Source: Catajapyx aquilonaris
Lineage: Eukaryota
Length of the DNA: 33,652 nucleotides
NCBI GenBank assembly: GCA_000934665.2
Contig: KZ539091.1
Coordinates: forward strand, 1-33,652
Direction of reading: 5' to 3'
A program made the translations under genes and the position numbers. The notes below the pieces were generated by a model. That model searched no databases. It was not told where the DNA came from and saw only the letters and a program-made list of their open reading frames with translations. Positions 26,603-33,652 of the stretch are shown piece by piece (the first letter of the stretch is position 1; each line of letters opens with the position of its first letter).

Positions 26603-27641
26603 TACATATTTCTGATTCTGGACTGGGCACTCTCAGATAATGAATTATGTTATGTTTCCCTATATTCTGAACAAGATCCACACACCTTAAGATGATTAGT
26701 CACTTCGCATAAGGGATGGTTTAAAATACCACAACAACATATCGAGATGATCATATTGTGAGAATCTCAAGAGCATTTCTTTTCTCTTTTACTTCAGGAT
26801 AGTTCTCTAATATTCACGGCCTGTTGCGAGAGACTCTTTCTTTTGTGAGTCCGGACCATCCTGAATAATAAACCAACCAAGGGGGTAATTTAAAAACATG
26901 ATCCTATTCATTCCTCTACTGGTGAACCTATTCGTCCCAAACATGTCCACATCTAATTCCATCCTCGGGTTCGCGCGTGAGAAGCACAAAAATTCTATTG
27001 CACCCACGGACCTGATATCCATTAACAATGGCATGCTCCATCACCATTTCGAATTCGAAATGCCGTCACAGGCCTTCGAAACGCCCTATCAAGTGTCCAC
27101 AGTAGTATAATAGATCAGGTAATACATAGTAGCGTTTCTAGATAGGTACCTCACCTTCACTGCTGATAACTACAGGATCCGATAATTGGCTTCTTCCTGG
27201 CTCCATGAAGGTTGCTTTTCCTGTACAGATTAGTTGGTTAGAATGACACTTGTGACAGGTTCGACGCATAGTCGATCCTTTTCATAGCAGCCCACGGTTT
27301 TATCGTAACTTACATTCCTCGTGAAGAATATATAGGTTACAAACGTTACGTTGCATTAATTAATATTTCGAATATCTACTCGTCCCATTGGTGCTATTTT
27401 TCTCTCCGACGGTCGTCGTTACATCTGTAAGATATTATATCTGCATCCTCCGTAATGGAGCGGTAGATCTGTCATATTGGGGTACATGTGCAAGATGAAA
27501 TAATTCATTGCAACCTCTCGAAATTAATAATACTTTGTCACCTGAACAGATTCGGCACACACTAATTACGTCAAAATGAAAGTATGAATAATCATACATT
27601 ACATTTTGTATTAATATGAAGATAGCAATAAATTGCTGTCG

Positions 27642-28174
27642 TGTACTATGGGGCTCAAATTGTTTTGGCCACTTTATCCTGATCTTGAAGCAACACTTCA
27701 CACACACACACACACAAACACACACTCTTGTCTTGACTAAGGCGTGGGGATGGACATTGATCACTTTTCACTGCGAGTGTAAACTGATCTAACCTAACCT
27801 AACCTAACCTAACCTAACCTAACCTTACCTTACCTTACCTTACCTAACCTATCCTACCTAACCTACCCTACCCTAAGTAACCTAGGCTGAGAAAAATGGA
27901 CTTTTGTGAAAACCTACAAATGAAAATAGTGGGGACATGTCCCCACTAATTTACACATGTCCCCACTGTAATGGTACACTTCGCGTGTGTGAGACTGTGG
28001 GGACCGACAAATGTCCCCACAATTGGAACTGGTCCCCACAGCTACAGTAAAACCACAGACTTCCGTCCCCAGACCTTAGTCAAGACCTGATCACCTGCTC
28101 AACGTGGGGCCTGTGTGAAGGGTTGCTTCAAGACCAGGATAAAGTGGCCAAAACAATTTTAGCCCCATAGTACA
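27642..28174. mobile_element. Non-autonomous element with nested inverted repeats, (CA)n, (CCTAA)n and GGGGAC/GTCCCC motifs
   Basis: Outer 63-bp inverted repeats at 27642-27704 and 28112-28174 (3 mismatches). Inner 25-bp inverted repeats at 27730-27754 and 28062-28086 (3 mismatches). Internal palindrome GTGGGGACATGTCCCCAC and repeated GTCCCCAC. Confidence 0.8.
27789..27885 (+). repeat. (CCTAA)n array degenerating to CCTTA/CCTAC; the reverse complement of the arthropod telomere repeat TTAGG
   Basis: About 7 perfect TAACC units followed by TTACC and other variants. Confidence 0.9.
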
Positions 28175-28368
28175 TCACTGATCTGAATGCCTCTTCTACG
28201 TAGGAATGACGCCATATGTAAGGATTGTCCAGATAAAAGCTAAAATTAACATTTATTGCATATAACTACATGATTGTGCATAATATAACTTACTGCTATT
28301 GCAAGACTGTCTGACGGGGGCGTTTTATGAATGCGGGCAACCGATAATTGTAAAAATTGAGTCATATC

Positions 28369-28580
28369 TCTTATGAGATATCTGCATCTTGGACCCATTT
28401 TTTCGACAGTAAATTTTCTCAACGCGTCAGGTTACTCTAGAATGCCTAAACGCAAAGGCCATGTGAATAGCTTACCATTACTAAATTAAAATTTACCTAT
28501 TCTTATAATGTGTCAGTAATTGCCCCTAGCCTTGAAATGTAGGCCCTCCTTGAGTGGAAAATAAGATACAAAAAGTCACT
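28369..28580 (+). repeat. Old dispersed repeat, copy 2 (shorter internally)
   Basis: Colinear similarity with 24890-25175. Confidence 0.75.
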
Positions 28581-30047
28581 CCAGCAAAAAATTGTTACAT
28601 AGAATAAGGAGACGGCTCAAGATGCCACCGGGCCGAGCTTAGGACATAATAATTATGAGAAGGCGAGCCGGAAGCCAATGTTGTTATAAGGCTTATGATG
28701 GACGATGAAGGAGTGAGAGGTCAGCAGCATGGATGGAAGTTGCCGGCGTCCTAATCAGTTCTAATCGCATTTCATGTCCGGATAATGCTTGCTCTCATTG
28801 CACATTACTGTAAGCAATCCTTCTTACCTCTGGAGTCTGTCAGTCCACCTCTATAACTGGGCACCGAATGTGACTAATGTAAATAGTGCTTCAGGCATTC
28901 AAATGAAAACTGCACTGTAGACCCTAAGTCGTTCATTTAGCATTTTCTTAAAAAGCAGGTTTCAAATTGAATGCGACTAACCTGAGGCGAGTTATAAATT
29001 TTGGACTATTAGGTATCCAGTTTCCGGTGCACCACTGGCCGTATGTCATTTCAAAAGTAGACTTACAAGTTATATCACCACAGGTTGCCGCTTTGGTATA
29101 TTTTTAAAAGGCACAATTTATGTTGGGAAAATAATATGATCGCACATCAATAACGCTCCAATTCTGACTCGCATTATTAGCGGATATAATTTTTCCAAAG
29201 TTCTTTATTGACATTAAGGTGACACGCCAGCATTTTTGAAAAAGTTTTAACTGCCTTTTATTTATCTTTATTTTTTTGAAAAGCATACATTATGGTACTA
29301 GACTAATATTCAACAAGCTCAAAACAAGCAGGGCCATAATCAGCCACATTATACTTAATATTTGCAAATAGCCCTGGTGTTAGAGCCACAACCATTCAAT
29401 GTAGCAACAAACTCTCCCATTGGTCAACACCAGCCACTGGCTAGTTCGAGGGATAAAAAAAGAGAGGGGGATAAAAAGAATGAGCCAATAGGAAATGATC
29501 GCTTTTGCATGAAAAAGGGCCAAAGTAAGATAAAAAGTCCTTGCCTGAGGGCAGATTGCCAGACAATAGACAAATGTGTGAACAAAGGAGCTGCTTTTGC
29601 ATTCCAAATCCCCCACTCCCTCCCTGGCGAAGTATGGGAAAAACGAGAGGGGGGGGTATGGGGGGTGTCAAGTGAAAAGGGCATNTGAAAAGGGCATACT
29701 GCCCACACTGCATTATCAATTGCCTTTGCAGAAAAGGGGAGGAAAACAACGGGGATTTTTTTTTTTTTTGCATAAAAAGTGTACAAAATTGGGGGAGGCG
29801 GGAAGGCCGACCAACATTGGCTATACACGTTATTATTACCATGAACAAAACCAACCTTACATGAACGTGTTTAGGTAAGATAACTGGCGGCAAACTTAAA
29901 CCGGGGGCATACTTTGCATCGACACAAGTTGAACCCGGCGGGTGTCCGCTGACAAGTGGCATGCAGCCAGGCAGGTGCCAACGTGCGCCCGCGACCACGT
30001 GGGCTCCCGGCCCGGAGGGAGAGTCAAATCAGGTGAAAAGTACTTAC

Positions 30048-30087
30048 GCTTAAGCGGCTTGGGATGGCTCTGCTTGCGTCGAGACAT
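30048..30087 (-). CDS. ush: First coding exon (40 nt, phase-1 donor) of a FOG/U-shaped-type zinc-finger cofactor; encodes the NuRD-interaction motif MSRRKQSHPKPLK(R)
   Basis: The minus strand reads ATG TCT CGA CGC AAG CAG AGC CAT CCC AAG CCG CTT AAG C|GTAAGT. MSRRKQxxP is the NuRD-binding N-terminus shared by FOG/ZFPM, SALL, BCL11 and ZNF423/521. The QS-x-P-x-x-x-KR variant is closest to FOG1/FOG2 (MSRRKQSNPRQIKR / MSRRKQSKPRQIKR). From memory, vertebrate ZFPM genes also have a 13-codon+1-nt first coding exon. The zinc-finger exons are outside the window, so the family assignment is an inference. Confidence 0.78.
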
Positions 30088-30540
30088 TGGTGGTGGCAAT
30101 GTCGTACCTCCTAGTGGCACCTGCAGTTGCTGTCCTGACACCACCGCAGCACCGGCTCCGCTGCACTCATCCTCTTCCTTAACTCCAGAAGTTTCTTGCT
30201 TGGCTTCACTGTCAGACTGTTGTCGATCAGGGCGAGCGTGACTGCCGTGACGGTCGAGCCACGTCTCGCTCCTCAGCATCCGGGGTCCCCCCCTAATAAC
30301 TCGCCAACGGGCCAACGTGCTACCTAGCCCGCCCGACTCCGAAAGCAGACCTCGTCTTGAACGCACCGAGCTGCACTGCCCGCCCCCAACCCACCTCCGG
30401 TCTACTCCTCCATCATTTAACTCCTCCCACCAACACCATAACCTACGACCTTCTTGCCATCTATCCGCCTAATTCGCTACCTCCCACGTAGTCAGTAGAT
30501 GGCAGCATAGTTTCATTGATCCGCGGCCATTTTAGTCAGC
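30088..30540. promoter_or_regulatory. GC/CpG-rich 5' leader and promoter region of the minus-strand gene, probably bidirectional
   Basis: CpG-rich and immediately upstream of the ATG. Contains a GC box (CCGCCC near 30380), a CTCF-like TCAGTAGATGGCAGC at 30492-30506 and a YY1/PHO-like GCGGCCATTTT at 30523-30533. The exact TSS cannot be determined. Confidence 0.6.
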
Positions 30541-30585
30541 TGCACTGTTTGGATCGGGGCAGTTGGTAACCGTGTGTCTAAGCAG
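30513..30585 (+). other. Candidate non-coding first exon of a divergently transcribed gene
   Basis: Inr-like TCATT at 30513, a YY1 motif just downstream, and a donor CAG|GTATGA at 30585/30586. The sequence to the right becomes G/T-rich on the plus strand and CpG-poor. Confidence 0.4.
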
Positions 30586-31421
30586 GTATGAAGGTCCGTC
30601 TGCAGTGACCCAGATCCCAGTGAGCTTGGCTATTGCGGAGCTGAGGGCTTGAGGTTTATGCTCCACTTGAGCTTCAAGGTGAGGGTGTATAATCTTAGCG
30701 CCTTTTACAAACGGTGCGCGGAGGTGGGTAGACTTATTGGACAGGTTAGCAACAGGGATGATTATCAGTAAGTTAAGTGACCCCCGTGTTCTGAGTGTTG
30801 GGGTGATTATACGCTGCACGTGCACGGATATGGTAGTTGCAAGGTCGTTTGCACTACTGACGGAAATGTTTCTTCAGAGTGATGTGAGTATAATGGCTTT
30901 TGGCAGGTGGAAAAAAAAGTTTGATAAAATTCTGGTAGAGTTTGGGCAAACTCATTTATAGAATGTGCCAATATGTGGTCTCAATAGCTGAATGTTGTCA
31001 GTAAACAAAAGTGATCATATGCAAATTAATGACACCCACTAAAAGCTGCCATGTCAATATTATTATTACTTAAAATATTTGCTAACAATTTAAGCAATTA
31101 TAAGCCTCATTTGCACTGTGCTGTTTGCCACATGTTTCATGGGTAATTTGTGTTCCATTTCATACCTAGCGATAGGAGGCACCAACTTGGATGATCTGTA
31201 TGTTGCTAATGCTATTGTCAAAGGCAATTATTATAAGTTGAGTAAGGAGTACAATAAAACAACACGGCATTATGATTGGGGAAATCCGGGAGCTTCAACA
31301 TTTCTGCATAATTGAATAAGGACTTGACATACTTCCAATGTAAAACTTGTAATTGTCACCTCCTTGCATAGTTTAAAACTAGATGATGATACAGTAGGAC
31401 CATACATAATTGCTTGAAAGT

Positions 31422-31656
31422 GGAGTGGCATGGTAGTGCAGTGGTTAGTGCTGCAAGCTTCCACCTCTGAGGTCCCTTGCTCAATCCCCAGAATGGGAAG
31501 AGGCTTATTTCATATGGCAGAGTTTCAATGGTTCTCTTCTTGTTCATATGGATTTTCTTGAGGTTCTCCCATTTCCTGTTACACACAAAATTCATCAACA
31601 TTGCTGGGTAATCAAGTCAAGTTATTTAAGAAAGAGTCGTCTTAAAGGCCACGTGA

Positions 31657-31710
<54 letters not shown>
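31422..31710 (+). mobile_element. Old, degenerate tRNA-derived SINE with a V-domain-like core and a possible (ATT)n tail
   Basis: The head GGCATGGTAGTGCAGTGGTTAGTGCT is A-box-like, with a decayed B-box at CTCAATCCC. The core GAGTTTCAATGGTTCTCTTCTTGTTCATATGGATTTTCTTGAGGTTCTCCCATTTCCT resembles, from memory, the V-SINE core GAGTTTGCATGTTCTCCCCGTG..TGGGTTTCCTCCGGGTGCTCCGGTTTCCT. (ATT)n runs from 31658 to 31710. No TSD seen. Confidence 0.55.
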
Positions 31711-32154
31711 GGGGTGTTCCAATTGAAACACCTGTTTTTATTAGCTATTTGTAATGAAAAAGCATTAGCTGCTAATAGTAATCTCAAATTCAAAATGATA
31801 CACATAATTTTTGGCCAGTTGTATTAATGTAGCGTATAGCAATTAACTTTTTTGGTATCCTTTTGTGAATTATAGAGAGTATTTTGAAAGCCAACTGAAC
31901 CATCTTGTGTAGTTGCTTCATGTGGTTATGTCACCAAAACTTAATTGCTGGCATGCACTGTAGTGACGGAAGGCATTTCATAAGCTGTATAGAACAGAAA
32001 GAACACCGGATGCACTCAAGTAATATCGCAGTGGAGTTAATATTGTAATTTAAAAATTAAATTAATACACATATAATTATGGTGTGGCTGTGAATTAGTC
32101 AGAGAGATCTCGACTTTTCTCTGGTGCTGCCAAAAGGATTAAATAGAGTTACCA

Positions 32155-32456
32155 GGGGCGGCATGGTGGTCTAGCGGTTACGCCGCTGGCCAGCCAAGTG
32201 GGAGGCCGGGGTTCAAATCCCGTCCCCGTCACCTCTGCTTGGCCGGGTCTTTTTCCGCTTTTCACCCGACATGCCGGAGCAGAATTGCACTCCCTTCTCT
32301 GCTCGGGGCCAGGAGAAAAGGCCTGGTGTTAAAGAATGTCAGAAATGGCTATCGCACGGCGCCCTCCCTTGGGAACTTCCCCCTTCCCCCCTAAGAGGGC
32401 CACGAGCTCTATCACGGGGTAACAAAAAAAATAATAATAATAATAATAATAAAAAA
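32155..32456 (+). mobile_element. tRNA-derived SINE, full length and young, with a head resembling tRNA-Gly(GCC)
   Basis: A-box TGGTCTAGCGG at 32167-32177 and B-box GGTTCAAATCC at 32210-32220. A/(AAT)n tail. Perfect 14-bp TSD AAATAGAGTTACCA at 32141-32154 and 32457-32470. Confidence 0.93.
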
Positions 32457-32716
32457 AAATAGAGTTACCATTCAAGATATTAAAAGCTTGCCTTTTTTCT
32501 GAATCATCATGATATAGTTATATGTAATGTTTTCCCTAAGAAAATTGAACATATTGGGGGAGGGGGTGCAATGCAGGTTGCTAATGGCTGAAGGGATTGC
32601 CAATGTTTCACATGCTTTCATATATCTGAAGCTGTAAACGCCATTTGTAATTATTTGAATAAAACCATTAATTATGTCATTGTGTCTCATTGAAGTACAA
32701 TGTAGTGGCAGAATTC

Positions 32717-32862
32717 ATCTGTAGTTTGTTCAGTGAAAGAATGCCATGATGTCACTCTCTTTAACAATGAATGACTCGCAGGTTGCCTGACGACTTATTC
32801 CTTGTCATTCATTGTTAAAGAGAGTGACATCATGGCATTCTTTCACTGAACAAACTATAGAT
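32717..32862. repeat. Long perfect inverted repeat (54-bp perfect stem, 59 bp with one G-T pair; 28-nt loop)
   Basis: 32722-32775 is the exact reverse complement of 32804-32857. Confidence 0.95.
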
Positions 32863-33383
32863 AGTTTGACTTTTTTTTGGCATGAAAGAGTTAGTCCCAA
32901 AGCATTTTCAAGAGCTGTTGAGTGGCATTGAATGGGTTGTAAACTCCGTAAGTGAATTAATTTTGCCAGTGCACTGTACATTAAAGCAATATGGCATGAA
33001 AAGGAATTCCTTTGTCCACTGGCTTTTGATATATTAGCAACTTCCTGTGTTTACAAAAGCAATAACTTTAAAGTTCAGAGAAGAACACTGTTATGTGTAA
33101 AGTGCTATTATGTAAGAGAGCCTCCAATGCAAACTTTATTCAGAGTTCAATTTCACTTATTTGTGGAGGAGGTCTATATTGCTGTTACATTCACAGATAT
33201 TTTGTGTAATCTAGTCAACTCTGAATATAAGAGCCTTGGCTATAAGCAACACTCACAGTCAGTTAGACCCAACTCGAAAGGCTGGTCCTGGCGTACTTCT
33301 ATAATAAAGCCTGTGTATTTGGATATAGGCTATAGGTTACAGATTTCGGTGGTCCCTTGAAATCTCGTATATATATATATATA

Positions 33384-33652
33384 CAGGGTGATCCAACTCT
33401 GTGGCACCAACAGTTATTGGAAAAATCAACAAGCTGCTTGTTTATAAGCAGGTCGTTGCTAAGAGATCAATAAGAGTTACTTTCTGGAGAATCGGGAATA
33501 GCACCTGCTGATATTAGGTCCAATGCCCATGTAACAATATTAATGAGGGAAAAAGGGGTCATCCGTGGGAAACAGGCTGTTCTGGTGTTCGCTGGAGGGT
33601 TTCACATGAGGTCACTAGCTGCCAAACCAAAGGTCTAATCCGTCGGAACTGG
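33384..33652. mobile_element. Probable left end of a Tc1/mariner-type element inserted in a (TA)n run
   Basis: (TA)n is followed by CAGGGTGAT, the same terminus as the MITE at 26181. The matching right TIR is not in the window. Confidence 0.45.

Larger units (their letters stand above)
1..30047 (-). other. Large first intron of the FOG/ush-like gene (continues beyond the window start; may hide small alternative exons)
   Basis: Canonical GTAAGT donor at 30047-30042. No recognisable coding exon lies downstream within the window. The plus strand is A/C-rich here, meaning T/G-rich on the transcribed minus strand. Confidence 0.7.

Noticed and set aside
26773..27124. Plus-strand acceptor/donor pair suggesting an antisense exon
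   Set aside because: Stops in all frames and no independent support.
27925..28075. Repeated GTCCCCAC units resembling a CRISPR array
   Set aside because: The repeats are only 8-10 bp, in mixed orientation and irregularly spaced, in a eukaryotic context with no cas genes.
29896..30047. Continuation of the 156-aa ORF past ...PLKR (KYFSPDL...)
   Set aside because: It reads through a consensus GTAAGT donor, so the downstream residues are most likely intronic.
32155..32232. tRNA gene
   Set aside because: The anticodon arm is imperfect, and a long 3' body, tail and TSD show that it is a SINE head.

Overview
This is eukaryotic DNA, very likely from an invertebrate and probably an arthropod (it carries TTAGG-type repeats and a mosaic CpG pattern). 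It is almost entirely non-coding, and nearly all ORFs in the supplied track look spurious. The one coding element I can support is a 40-nt first coding exon on the minus strand (30087-30048). It encodes MSRRKQSHPKPLK(R), the NuRD-binding motif of FOG/U-shaped-type zinc-finger proteins, and is followed by a GTAAGT donor. Everything to its left appears to be a giant (>30 kb) first intron. That intron contains dense GATA-motif clusters, several MITEs and a textbook recursive splice site (polypyrimidine-CAG|GTGAGT at 309/308) with a 44-nt cryptic poison exon. To the right is a GC-rich promoter with CTCF-like and YY1-like motifs, probably shared with a divergent plus-strand gene; both strand skew and CpG content switch here. 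That CpG-poor region holds a young tRNA-derived SINE with a 14-bp TSD, an old V-SINE-like element and a perfect 54-bp hairpin. I see no prokaryotic-type system such as CRISPR or an operon. The best leads are recursive splicing in this gene, the translation-initiation options around the NuRD motif, a nested inverted-repeat element carrying telomere-like repeats, and the methylation boundary.
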